Shown here piece after piece: positions 1-12,254 of a DNA stretch of 64,000 nt. Under the pieces are notes generated by a model. That model saw nothing but the letters and a program-made list of their open reading frames with translations. It did no database searches and had not been told where the DNA came from. Position numbers and translations under genes: made by a program. Source of the stretch: Mobula hypostoma (lineage: Eukaryota); contig NC_086108.1 of assembly GCF_963921235.1 (NCBI RefSeq), positions 18,476,001-18,540,000 on the forward strand. The letters run 5' to 3'. Each line of letters begins with the position of its first letter. The first letter of the stretch is position 1.

Positions 1-1180
1 AAAAAACCTATTTAAGATCTCCCCCATTTCCTTTGGTTCCGCACATAGCCGACCATTCTGATCTTCAAGAGGACTAATTTTATCCCTTACAATCCTTTTC
101 CTCTTAATATACCTGTAAAAGCTCTTTGGATTATCCTTCACTTTGACTACCAAGGCAACCTCATGTCTTCTTTTAGCCCTCCTGATTTCTTTCTTAAGTA
201 CTTTCTTGCACTTCTTATACTCCTCAAGCACCTTATTTACTCTCTGCTTCTTATACATGTCATACAACTCCCTCTTCTTCTTTATCAGAGTTGTAATATC
301 CCTTGAGAACCGAGGTTCCTTATTCCTATTCCCCTTGCCTTTAATCCTGACAGGAACATACAAATTCTGCACTCTCAAAATTTCTGCTTTGAAGGCTTCC
401 CACCTACCGATCACATCCATGCCAGAGAACAACCTGTCCCAATCCACGCTTTTTAGATCCTTTCTCATTTCTTCAAATTTGGCCTTCTTCCAGTTAAGAA
501 CCTTAACCCTAGGACCAGATCTATCCTTGTCCATGATCAAGTTGAAACTAATGGTGTTATGATCACTGGAACCAAAGTGCTCCCTTATACAGACTTCTGT
601 CACTTGTCCTAACTCGTTTCCTAACAGGAGATCCAATATTGCCTCCCCTCTAGTTGGTCCCTCTATATATTGATTAGGAAACTTTCCTGAACACATTTTA
701 CAAACTCTAAACCATCTAGACCCCTAACAGTATGGGAGACCCAATCAATATATGGAAAATTAAAATCCCCTACCACCACAACTTTATGTTTCCTGCAGTT
801 GCCTGCTATCTCTCTACAGATTTGCACTTCCAATTCTCTTTGACTATTGGGCGGTCTGTAATACAATCCCACTAATGTGGCCATACCTTTCCTGTTTCTC
901 AGCTCCACCCATAAGGACTCAACAGACAAGCCCTCTAATCTGTCCTGCCTGAGCACTGCTGTAATATTTTCCCTAACAAGCAATGCCACTCCCCCACCTT
1001 TCATTCCTCTGCCTCGATCACATCTGAAACATCGGAACCCTGGAATATTAAGCTGCCAGTCCTGCCCCTCCTGTAGCCAAGTTTCACTAATTGCTACAAC
1101 GTCATAATTCCACGTGTCAATCCACGCCCTCAACTCATCCGCCTTACCCCTAGCATTGAAATATATACGCCTCAGAAGAT
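1..1180 (-). mobile_element. CR1 LINE fragment, ORF2 APE endonuclease region
   Basis: ORF 663..1133(-) has YDVVAISETWL, GGGVALLV, YYRPPN and VGDFNFP motifs; frame is disrupted and the element runs off the left edge. Confidence 0.9.
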
Positions 1181-1199
1181 TTTTACCACCACTCCCCTT

Positions 1200-2582
1200 A
1201 TTCTAAATTCCAATTGTACAGGCTTAGAGCTATCAATCACTCCTTTCATTCCCTGAATCATTCTTGCGAACCTCCTCTGAACCCTCTCCAATCCCAGGTA
1301 TCCTTTTTTAGATAAGGGACTGAAAACTGCTCACAATACTCCAAGTGAGGCTTCACCAATGCATTATAAAGCCTCAACATTACAGCCTTGCTTTTATATT
1401 CTGGTCCTCTCAAAATGGATGTTAATGTTGCATTTGCCTTCCTCACCACAGCCTCAACCTGCAAGTTAATCTTTAGGGAATCCAAGGGTCCCTTTGCACC
1501 TTGGGTTTTTGAATTTTTTACTCATTTAGAAAATAATTCTATGCTTTTGTTCCTCCTACCAAAGTGCATAACCATACATTTCCGACACTGTACTCCATCT
1601 GCCACTTCTTTTCCCAGTCTTCTAATCTAACTCCTTCTGTAGCTTCCCTGCTTCCTCAACACTACCTACCCCTCCAACTATGTTCATATCGTCTGCAAAT
1701 ATGGCCACAAAGCCACCAATTCCATCATCCAAATCATTGACATATAATGTAAAAAGAAGTGGACCCAACACAGGCCCCTATGGAACACCACCAGCATCCA
1801 ACCAGAAAAGGCTCCCTTTGTTCCCACTCTTTGCCTCCTGCCAATCAGCCAATGCTTTATCCATGCTAGAATCTTTCCTGTAATACATGGGCTGTTATCT
1901 TGTTAACTAACCTTGTCAAAGGCCTTCTGAAAATCCAAGTACACAATATCCTCCTTTATCTAAGGCAACACTCACAAACTGCTGGAGGAACTCGGCAGAT
2001 CAGGCAGCATCTATGGAAAGGAATAAACAGTTGACGTTTTGGGGCAAGACACTTCATCAGGACTCCTTTATCTTCTTTATCTATCCTGCTTGATATTTCT
2101 TCAAAGAATTTGAACACATTTGCTAGGCAAGATTTTCCCTTATGCTGACTTTGGCCTATTTTATCATGTGTCTCCAAGTACACTGAGACCTCAGCCTTAA
2201 GGATCAATTCTAACATCTTCCCAACCAGCGAGCTCAGGCTAACTGGCCTATCATTTCTGTTCTTCTGCCTTTCTCCATTCTTGAAGAGTAGAGTGACATT
2301 TGCAATTTTCCAGTCCTCCAGAATCATGCCAGAACCTAGTGATTCTTGAAGGAGCATTACCAATGCCTCCACAACCTCTTCAAATACCTCCTTCAGAACT
2401 CTGGGGTGTAGTCTATTTGATTCAGGTGACTTATCTATCTTCAGACCTTACAGCTTCTCAAGCACCTTTCCCCTAATAATAGCAAGTGCCCTCCCTTCAG
2501 CCCTTTGACACTGCCAAACATCTGGCATACTGCTAGTGTCTTCCACAGTGAAGACTGATGTAAAATGTCTGCCATTTCTTGT
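1200..2582 (-). mobile_element. Degenerate CR1 LINE, RT and 3' region
   Basis: Fragments EDWKIANVT, RPVSLSSLVGKMLE and LVKPHLEYC; many deletions. Confidence 0.85.
1962..2062 (-). mobile_element. ~100 bp PLE terminal fragment with decayed hammerhead motif, inserted in CR1
   Basis: Flanked by 11-bp TSD CTCCTTTATCT (1951-1961 and 2063-2073). Reverse complement reads AGTC-CTGATGA-AGTGTCTTGCCCC-AAAACGTC-AACTG. Confidence 0.8.
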
Positions 2583-2948
2583 CATGTTATGTTCTAAGTA
2601 AATACAACTGGGCATGGGTTTACACTAGAACATTATATTACTGAACTGCTGTTCAATCCTGAGAATGATCTCACACATCATTTCTCACTGCTAACACCTT
2701 TTGTACTCATGTAGTCTCTTTCTCAGTCATGCACAGTATTCATTTACTCTCCTTGTTGAGTCCTCGCGTTGACTTCTGACACCAGGTAAGCATCTGAGCC
2801 CCTCAAAGACATCAGCATCATTTAATGCCGTGGTTAGGCAGATTAGTAGACACACTTACATGAGTTTGAACTATTCTGTTTATGTTCGCCTTTAAACAAG
2901 TAAAAAAAAAATGTAACTTATGTTAAGGCATAATATGAATAATATGAC

Positions 2949-3176
2949 TCATAATATTGAGTGACCCCAGCTTCTGAGACTTGAATCAATGCAATCAAAG
3001 AAATTCCATCTATCAGATCGATGTACTTTAACTGCTTCTTTACAAATATGATCAGCCAACTTAGTTATATCTTCAGATTCATCAAGTAAGTAAAACTCTT
3101 TTTGCCTATAACTGCACATAACCCTCCCCCCCACCTTAACTGTTAAGTGAAGATCTAATGCCATTCTATTTTGAAG
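2949..3176 (-). pseudogene. env: Endogenous retrovirus env TM remnant (immunosuppressive domain and downstream)
   Basis: Minus strand from 3176 translates [11 protein letters not shown]...GG...DESEDITKLADHI...WNFF...SWG. LQNRxxLD is the class I retroviral ISD signature. Confidence 0.8.
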
Positions 3177-3178
3177 GA

Positions 3179-4203
3179 CCCTGTGACTAGTGATGTGCTA
3201 CAGGGATCAGTGCTGGGTCCATTGTTATTTGTCATCTATATCAATGATCTGGATGATAATGTGGTAAATTGGATCAGCAAATTTGCTGATGATACAAAGA
3301 TTGGAGGTGTAGTGGACAGTGAAGAAGGTTTTCAAAGCTTGCAGAGGGATTTGGACCAGCTGGAAAAATGGGCTGAAAGATGGTAGATGGAGTTTAATAC
3401 AGACAAGTGTGAGGTATTGCTCTTTGGAAGGACAAACCAAGGTAGAACATACAAGGTAAATGGTAGGGCACTGAGGAATGCAGTAGAACAGAGGGATCTG
3501 GGAATACAGATACAAAATTCCCTAAAAGTGGAGTCACAGGTAGATAGGGTCGTAAAGAGAACTTTTGGTACATTGGCCTTTATTAATCAAAGTATTGAGT
3601 ATAAGAGTTGCAATGTTATGATGAGGTTGTATAAGGTATTGGTGAGGCTGAATTGGAGTATTGTGTACAGTTTTGGTCACCAAATTACAGGAAAGATATT
3701 AACAAAGTTGAAGGAGTGCAGAGAAGGTTTACAAGGATGTTGCCGGGACTTGAGAAACTGAGTTACAGAGAAAGGTTGAATAGGTTAGGACTTTATTCCC
3801 TGGATCATAGAAGACAGAGGGGAAATTTGATGGAGGTATATAAAATTATGATGAGTATAGATAGAGTGAATGCAAGCAGGCTTTTTCCATTGAGGCTAGG
3901 GGAGAAAAAACCCAGAGGACGTGGGTTAAGGGTGAAGGGGGAAAAGTTTAAAGGGAACATTAGCGGGGCTTCTTCACACAGGGAGTCGTGGGAGTGTGGA
4001 ATGAGCTTCCAGATGAAGTGGTAAATGCGGGCTCACTTTTAACATTTAAGAAAAACTTGGACAGGTACATGGATGAGAGGTGTATGAAGGGATATGGTCC
4101 AGGTGCAGGTCAGTGGGACTAGGCAGAAAAATGGTTCGGCACAGCCAAGAAGGGACAAAAGGCCTGTTTCTGTGCTGTAATGTTCTATGGTTCTATGTTC
4201 TGT
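3179..4203 (+). mobile_element. 5'-truncated CR1 LINE interrupting env
   Basis: [17 protein letters not shown] and MEFNTDKC motifs; 3' tail TTCTATGGTTCTATGTTCT. Confidence 0.92.
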
Positions 4204-4295
4204 GGATCATTTTATGCATGGCAACCATTTCTGTTGTTACTTTCCCCAAGGCTTCAGCAGTGTCATTGCTTACTCTTTCTATGGCTGCAACAACA
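4204..4295 (-). pseudogene. env: ERV env TM heptad repeat, upstream half
   Basis: AAIERVSNDTAEALGKVTTEMVAMHKMI joins in frame to LQNRMALDL when the CR1 is removed. Confidence 0.75.
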
Positions 4296-4899
4296 AATAA
4301 TATAAGAATAAAATTCATAATGCCCAGTAGTTGGTGACTTGCTGAAGTTTCCTGGCTGGTTAGTGATTTGCTCACTGTAGCCCAGCAGAACAGGTACTGT
4401 GACCAAGAAGTCATTAGCACATTAACCACAGCCCTATTGTCCTCGTTGGATATTAGTTTATCGTGCTTGCGGTGGCTGGCACGTATCCATTTACTTTTCC
4501 CTTCTACTTTCACCACTGAGTTGATGATTAACAGCATTTGATGAGGACTTTCCCATCCAGCAGCCGGTGGATCCTCATGTGGATTTTGAATCAGGACCCA
4601 TTCAGCAGGAATCAGGGTGTGTCCTCCTATGTTGAATCACTCTATGTGGATGAAATCTGTTGAGAAGCAAACTGACCAGCTTGGGTTTATTTCACAAAAT
4701 TGTAAACTGTCTACAATTTGTGGATATCAGCCTCTCTGAGATCAAGGCCTCCCAGCAGTAACATAGGACATCCTGTTACCACCTCAAATGAATTTAGTTT
4801 ATTTTTCTTGTTTGGGGTTACTCTGATGCTGCACAAGATCATAGGATCATAGGCCATCGTACGCATTCATCATAATACTTAGTCAATCACTCTTTGTTG

Positions 4900-5800
4900 A
4901 TTCCATTCATTCATTCGACTTGTTCTGATGACTCTGTGTGATGTGGAAAATAAAAAGACCATTATGTTGACCATTCATCAGTCAACATAATTCCTGAGGA
5001 ACACTCCTAGTGAAATGTGTTCCTTGGTCAGAGTCAATGTGACATGGCAATCCCCAATCTGGGAATGTAGTCCTTGATCAGAGTTTTTCCTCTGTGTGTG
5101 CCAGTGGTATTTACATTTTAAGACAGCAACTTCTGTTGACAGTTGTATCCTCAAGTTCTTGCACCAGCTGGTCATTTCTGATTAGGGTTCCTACAAGTGT
5201 AAGAAATCCTCTTTGTCTCCATAAGTTTCCAAAGTCATGAACAACTCATAAAGCATAGTGAGAATCAGCATAAATATTAGCTGATCTTTCTTCTGCAAAT
5301 TCACATGTTTCAATTAAAACATGGGTTTCCAATTTGTTTTATGTCATACTCCAATACCATTAAGCAAGGAGGTCCATGGATCCCAGGTTGGGAACCACTG
5401 AATTAAAGCTTTTAGTTCTGCCTGGTGTGCAGAGGTACCAGGAGCCATGCTTCCTGATGCCAGTATTTCAGTTTCAGAAACAACCGTTCAAATTTCTCTC
5501 TCAATCATTGAGTATCAGTATGTAGGATCGGATCTTTGGCAGAGTAATAAACCATCAGGATGCTGTTGGTTTCCATGTTCTTGAATTAAGACTGCGATCA
5601 TGTGCTTCACACTGGGGTGAATTGTCTACTTGTATCAGTGATTCCTAATGCAAGTGTAGTCACAATGTCACCTTAAAAGTTTGAAATGCTTTCAGTTGTT
5701 CTTTATCAAGAGTCATAGGATTGTCCGAGCACTTACTGTCCTTCAGTAGAGGGTGAGTAGTTGAGCAATAGTTGATGGATCTGCCATTAGCTTTTCAATA
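4900..5800 (-). pseudogene. pol: Decayed ERV pol (RT connection/RNase H-like region and integrase core)
   Basis: Frameshifted minus-strand peptides KEQLKAFQTFK, ALGITDTSRQFT, AVLIQEHGNQQHP..YYSAKDP, LIKDYIPRLG and DSDQGTHFT. Confidence 0.7.
5320..5400 (+). mobile_element. ~80 bp hAT-type MITE
   Basis: Degenerate CAGGGG..CCCAA-type TIRs; 8-bp TSD AATTAAAA/AATTAAAG; homologous to 12545-12625. Confidence 0.75.
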
Positions 5801-8800
5801 CATTAATTAACAATGGCTTCACCTTCACTCCCTTGCTCATAGCTGTCAATCTTAATTGTTTCATCACTGCTATCTCCACTTGAGTCACTAGAGGCCGCAG
5901 TAGATTCCATGTCATGTCCGTTTGTAAATCTCTGGAGTTCAGATGGTGTCACTGTCTCAGGGACTGTCTGGTGTGAGCTGTATTTCCTCAGGTGGAACTT
6001 CAGAAGTAGGTGATTCCCAGGGGCAGAGCACCAGTAGTGCCAGCATCACTAGCAGCATCACTCGCAGCATCACTTGCAGGACTGCCACCTGAAGTCATGG
6101 CTGCAGTTTTTTACATTGTTTCAATTCACTTCAAAACTCCATACAATTCACTTCAATTGAATAACTGTGTTGTTCTTTCACCAATTCAGTTAATGCAAAG
6201 ATTTGCTCTTTAGACATTATATTGTCTCTATCTGCTGTTTTTGTAATTTATCACAAGTTCTGTATTGCTTTCAATTAGTAAAAGGCTTTACTCATCCAGT
6301 TAACTCTTTCAATCGCTCACAAATTCAATCCACCTGACCACGTGGTCTTACCTCTAAATCATGAACAGCCACTTCCTTTCCCGCAGGCATTTTCTGGATC
6401 TTAATAAACATAACATTGTTGGTATATTTCATTGGGATTTTTCATTAACGGGACAGAGGTCTATTACTTGAAAGGAGAAACTAAAGATTGTGCCAAGAAT
6501 AAAACAGCTATTTCTATACCCAAAAATGAATTCCATTCAAATCCATAGCTAATAATTAACCAATTAGAAAGTACTAAGACCAGACTGCAGTAAAAAATAA
6601 CAAAAGAGAAAACACTTATTCACTTAATGCAGAACAAAGAAGTTTCCAGAATTTAGCTTTGTATAACAAGAAACACATTAAATTGTTACATAGAACATAA
6701 AATAGTACAGCACAGTACAGGCCCTTCGGCCCACAATGTTGTGCTGACTCTTAAACCCTGCCTCCCATATAACCCCCACCTTAAATTCCTCCATATACCT
6801 GTCTAGTAGTCCCTTAAATTTCCCTAGTGTATCTGCTTCCATCACTGACTCAGGCAGTGCATTCCACGCACCAACCACTCTCTGAGTAAAAAGCCTTCCT
6901 CTAATATCCCACCTGAACTTCCCACCCCTTACCTTAAAGCCTTGTCCTCTTGTATTGAGCAGTGGTGCCCTGGGGAAGAGGTGCTGGCTGTCCACTCTAT
7001 CTATTCCTCTTAATATCTTGTATACCTCTATCATGTCTCCCCTCATCCTCCTTCTCTCCAGAGAGTAAAGTCCTAGCTCCCTTAATATCTGATAATAATG
7101 ATCATAATCTCTCTAAACCAGGCAGCATCCTGGAAAATCTCTTCTGTACCCTTTCCAATGCTTCCACATCCTTCCAATAGTGAGGCAACCAGAACTGGAC
7201 ACAATACTCCAAGTGTGTCCTCACCAGGGTTTTATAGAGCTGCATCATTACCCCGCGACTCTTAAACTCCATCCCTCGACTTACGAAAGCTAACACCCCA
7301 TAAGCTTTCTTAACTACCCTATCTACCTGTGAGGCAACTTTCAGGGATCTGTGGACATGTAACCCCAGATCCCTCTGCTCCTCCACACTACCAAGTCTCC
7401 TGCCATTTACTTTGTTCTCTGCCTTGGAGTTAGTCCTTCCAAAGTGTACCACCTCACACTTCTCTAGTTTGAACTCCATCTGCCAAATCTCAGCCCAGTT
7501 CTGCATCCTATCAATGTCTCCCTGCAATCTTCGACAATCCTCTACCCTATCCACAACACCACCAACCTTTGTGTAGTCTGCAAACTTGTCATCCTACCCT
7601 TCTACCACCACATACAGGTCGTTATTAAAAATTACAAAAAGCAGAGGTCCCAGAACGATCCTTGTGGGACACCACTAGTCATAACCCTCCAATCCAATGT
7701 ACTCCCTCCACCATCACACTCTGCCTTCTGCAGGCAAGCCAATTCTGAATTCACCTGGCCAAACCCCCCTAGATCCCATGCCTTCTGACTTTCTGAATAA
7801 GCTTACTGTGTGGAACCTTGTCAAATGCCTTACTAAAATCCATGTGGATCACATCCACTGCACTACGCTCATCTATATGCCTGGTCACCTCCTCAAAGAA
7901 CTCTATCAGGCTTGTTAGACACGATCTGCCCTTCACAAAGCTATGCTGACTGCCCCTGATCAGACCATGATTCTCTAAATGCCCACAGATCCTATCTCTG
8001 AGAATCTTTTCCAACAGCTTTCCCACCACAGACGTAAGGCTCACTGATCTATAATTACTCGGACTATCCCTACTACCTTTTTTGAACAAGGGGACAACAT
8101 TCGCCTACTTCCAATCCTCTGGTACCATTCCCGTGGACAAGGAGGACATAAAGATCCTAGCCAGAGGCTCAACAATCTCTTCCCTCGCCTCGTGGAGCAG
8201 CCTGGGGAATATTCCATCAGTCCCCAGGGACTTATCTGTCCTAATGTATTTTAACAACTCCAACACCTCCTCTCCCTTGATATCAACATGCTCCAGAACA
8301 TCAACCTCACTCATATTGTCCTCACCGTCATCAAGTTCCCTCTCATTGGTGAATACCGAAGAGAAGTATTCACTGAGGACCTTGCTGCACAGTCTCCAGG
8401 CACATCTTCCCACCTTTATCTCTAATCGGTCCTATCTTCACTCCTGTCATCCTTTTGTTCTTCACATAATTGAAGAATGCCTCGGGGTTTTCCTTTACCC
8501 TATTCGCCAAGGCCCCCTTCTTGCTCTCCTCAGCCCCTTCTTAAGCTCTTTTCTAGCTACCCTATATTCCTCAATAGAGCCATCTGATCCTTGCTTCCTA
8601 AGCCTCATGTATGCTGCCTTCTTCCACCTAACTAGATTCTCCACCTCACTCATGGTTCCTTCGCCCTACCATTCTTTATCTTCCTCACCGGGACAAATTT
8701 ATCCCTAACATCCTGCAAGAGATCCCCAAACATTGACCACATGTCCATAGTACATTTCCCTGCAAAAACATCATCCCAATTCACACCCGCAAGTTCTAGC

Positions 8801-9182
8801 CTTATAGCCTCATAATTTGCCCTTCCCCAATTAAAAATTTTTCTGTCCTCTCTGATTCTATCCTTTTCCATGATAATGTTAAAGGCCAGGGAGCAGTGGT
8901 CACTGTCCCCCAGATGCTCACCCACTGAGAGATCTGTGACCTGACCCGGTTCATTACCTAATACTAGATCTAGTATGGCATTCCCCCTTGTTGGCCTGTC
9001 AACATACTGTGACAGGAATCCGTCCTGGACACACCTAACAAAATCTGCCCCATCTAAACCATTGGAACTAATTAGGTGCCAATCAATATTAGGGAAGTTA
9101 AAGTCACACATGATAACAACCCTACACACATCAAAGTTGCTGGTGAACGCAGCAGGCCAGGCAGGATCTCTAGGAAGAGGTA

Positions 9183-9224
9183 CAGTTGACGTTTCGGGCC
9201 GAGACCCTTCGTCAGGACTAACTG
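9183..9224 (-). ncRNA. Minimal type I hammerhead ribozyme motif (PLE inverted arm)
   Basis: Reverse complement CAGTTAGTC-CTGACGA-A-GGG(TCTCGG)CCC-GAAACGTC-AACTG; core intact, stem I altered. Confidence 0.75.
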
Positions 9225-9875
9225 AAGGAAGAGCTAGTCAGAGATTTGAAAGTGGGAGGGGGAGGGGGAGATCCAAAATGATAGGAGAAGACAGGAAGGG
9301 GAGGGATGGAGCCAAGAGTTGGACAGGTGATTGGCAAAAGGGATATGAGAGGAACATGGGACAGGAGGCCCAGGGAGAAAGAAAAGGGGGAGGGGTGGAA
9401 AAACCAGCAGGATCTCCCAGTGGCCATACATTTTAATTCCACATCCCATTCCCATTCTGATATGTCTATCCACGGCCTCCTCTACTGTAAGGATGAAGCC
9501 ACACTCAGGTTGGAGGAACAACACCTTATATTCCATCTGGGTAGCCTTTAACCTGATGGCATGAACATTGACTTCTCTAACTTCCGCTAATGCCCCACCT
9601 CCCCCTCGTACCCCATCCATTATTTATTTATATACACACATTCTTTCTCTCTCTCCTTTTTCTCCCTCTGTCCCTCTCACTATACCCCTGCCCATCCTCT
9701 GGGTTTTCCCCACCTCCCCCTATTCCTTCTCCCTGGGCCTCTTGTCCCATGCTCCTCTCATATCCCTTTTGACAATCACCTGTCCAGCTCTTGGCTCCAT
9801 CCCTCCCCCTCCTGTCTTCTCCTATCATTTTGGATCTCCCCCTCCCCCTTTCAAATCTCTTACTAGCTCTTCCTT

Positions 9876-9917
9876 CAGTTAGTCCTGACGAAGGGTCTCG
9901 GCCCAAAACGTCGACTG
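9876..9917 (+). ncRNA. Hammerhead motif, probably inactivated (GAAA changed to AAAA)
   Basis: CAGTTAGTC-CTGACGA-AGGGTCTCGGCCC-AAAACGTC-GACTG. Confidence 0.7.
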
Positions 9918-10426
9918 TATCTCTTCCTAGAGATGCTGGCTGGCCTGCTGTGTTCACCAGCAACTTTGATGTGTGTTGCTTGAATTTCCAGTGTCTGCAG
10001 AATTCCTCGTGTTTGCATGATAACAACCCTGTTATTTTTGCACCTTCCCAAAATCTGCCTCCCAATCTGCTCCTCGGTATCTCTGCTGTTACCAGGGGGC
10101 CTATAGAATACTTCCAATAGAGTAACTGCTCCCTTCTTGTTCCTGACTTCTACCCATACTGACTCAAAAGAGGATCCTGTCACATTACCCACCCTTTCTG
10201 TAGCTGTAATAGTATCCCTGACCAGTAATGTCACCCCTCCTCCCCTTCCACCCCCCATCCCTTTTAAAGCACTGAAATCCAGGAATATTGAGAATCCATT
10301 CCTGCCCTGGTGCCAGCCAAGTCTCTGCAATGGCCACTACATCATAATTCCATGTATGTGTCCAAGCACTCAGTTCATCACCTTTGTTCCTGATGCTTCT
10401 TGCATTGAAGTACATGTACTTTAGCC

Positions 10427-11629
10427 CAGCGGTCCCAACCTTTTTTGCACTGCGGACCAGTTTAATATTGACAATAATCTTGCGGACCGGCCGATCCGGG
10501 GGGGCGTAGGGTTGCCAACGGACGAGAGTAGCAGTCAAATACGTTGAGCTTACCCCGAGAAAGACTACAATGACCACGAAGCCTTGCGTGGGCACCAGTG
10601 CACATGCGTGACTAGCGAATGCGTGTATGTGCCGATTTTTCTCTACAAATCGTTTATGGCGATTCTGTCGGGAGGGGGGTTAATCACGACCAGAATATAG
10701 ATGATAAGGTGCTAATACACTCAATTTCGTTTCTAAAAGGGTTTATCTAACAAATTTAACATTAAACACACAACGCATATTTTCCTCGCATGAATATAGT
10801 GGAATTATATTCAATTATCAGGGGAGGACAGGGGAGCTTGAAGTAAGTGTTGAACGAACTTCCAGTAGAAGTGGTCGAGCCAGGTTCGATATTATCATTT
10901 AAAGAAAAATTGGATAGGTATATGGACAGGAAAGAAATAGAGGGTTATGGGCTGAGTGCAGGTCGGTGGGACTAGGTGAGAGTAGCGTTCGGCACGGACT
11001 AGAAGGGCCGAGATGGCCTGTTTCCGTGCTGTGAATGTTATATGGTTATATAAGTCACTTATAATTCAAAAGCATCATCACATTTTAAGTAACATTTGGA
11101 TATTAAACACACAGCACATATTTTCCCGGTATGAACATATAAAATCATTGCAACGCACCTATATCACTGAATCAGTGGGAGCCCTGGGCTTGTTTCCCTG
11201 CAACAAGCCCGTCCCATCGAGGGGTGATGGGAGACAGCGATACTCGAAGGGGGTTCTTTATGTCCAGTCTATTCCGCGATTTAGTTTTCGTTGCATTCAT
11301 TGCAGAAATATGTTGGAAATGGAAGTAGCATTTTCAGTGCTTTCGTGGCTATCTCAGGATATTCAGCCTTGACTTTGATCCAGAATGCCGGCAGAGATGT
11401 TATGTCAAACATACTTTTCAGCCCGCCGTCATTTGCAAGCTCGAGGAGTTGATCTCCTTCCCGCGCTGACATGGGATGACGCGCGGGTAATGACCTCGAG
11501 TGTGTTCAAGCTCAACAGTGGGCGTGACAGGGAATGAGGAAAGGTGCAGCTGACTCATGTCGCCAAATCATATCGTTTCCTAGCGGCCCGGTAGCTCCTG
11601 CTTTGCGGCCCGGTGGTTGGGGACCGCTG
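10427..11629 (-). mobile_element. Non-autonomous hAT (Charlie/Buster-like) transposon
   Basis: TIRs CAGCGGTCCC(C)AACC; exact 8-bp TSD CTTTAGCC (10419-10426 and 11630-11637); transposase dimerisation-domain remnant FWIKVKAEYPEIATKALKMLLPFPTY (11281-11472). Confidence 0.92.
10818..11050 (+). mobile_element. CR1 3'-end fragment inside the hAT
   Basis: Resembles the CR1 3' ends elsewhere in the window (TGGATAGGTATATGGAC...GGCCTGTTTCCGTGCTGT). Confidence 0.75.
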
Positions 11630-12254
11630 CTTTAGCCCTTCTACCTGCTTCTCTTTCCTCAAAGCCTCTTTATATGTTAGATCTGGCTTTACTCCATGCA
11701 CTATACTTGCAGTTCTCGCATGACCTTTATCCTCCTTACATGCATACTATAGCCACTGGGAATCATAGTTATTTGTATGTAAGTATTAAACAAAATACAA
11801 GCAGATAATTAATTGTTAAGCCACAAAGAAAATGACAGTTCAACAGTCTAATTGGAGAATTAAACAGTCAGATACAACAACAGCCAAGGCACTGAGGACA
11901 ATTCCTGTGCAGTGTGGAGAGTACTGAAGGAGTCTGTTCATCCGCATGTATCTGCTAGGAGGATGTTCCAATTCTCTTGTCTCTCCCCAAACTTCTGAAG
12001 GACCTTTGCATTGAGAGCAAATGTACTTGCGCTTTGAAGTTATTATTGAATATTAACAAGTCCTGGTCCCCCAGCCTGCAGTTTATCAACATGAGGACCT
12101 CATAATTGCCAGCAGCACTGTACACACTCCCTGAAGAACAGGTGTGTCAACCCCTGTGCTGATTCATTGATGCCTCTCTAGAAAACATAGGTATCTTAGT
12201 CTGGCTGGCATGAAAGTTAAGGTACTTGACCTGCAGCCACTTTTAACTTGGAGG

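Larger units (their letters stand above)
9124..10015 (+). mobile_element. Penelope-like element: inverted terminal arm followed by sense 3' end
   Basis: 15-bp TSD CATGATAACAACCCT (9109-9123 and 10016-10030). GIY-YIG C-terminus LPVAIHFNS..RLEEQHLIFHLGSL. 9124-~9400 is the reverse complement of ~9700-9975. Confidence 0.92.
6688..11760 (-). mobile_element. Long CR1 LINE (EN, RT and 3' tail) with nested PLE and hAT insertions
   Basis: Consecutive minus-strand ORF2 fragments (10185-10595, 8650-9129, 8105-8413, 7769-8089, 7102-7554, 6678-7046); tail CATAGAACATA at about 6689. The 5' boundary is approximate. Confidence 0.92.

Noticed and set aside
8082..8708. Long antisense ORFs (also 143-562, 52319-52723, 63208-63894)
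   Set aside because: Shadow frames opposite CR1 ORF2.
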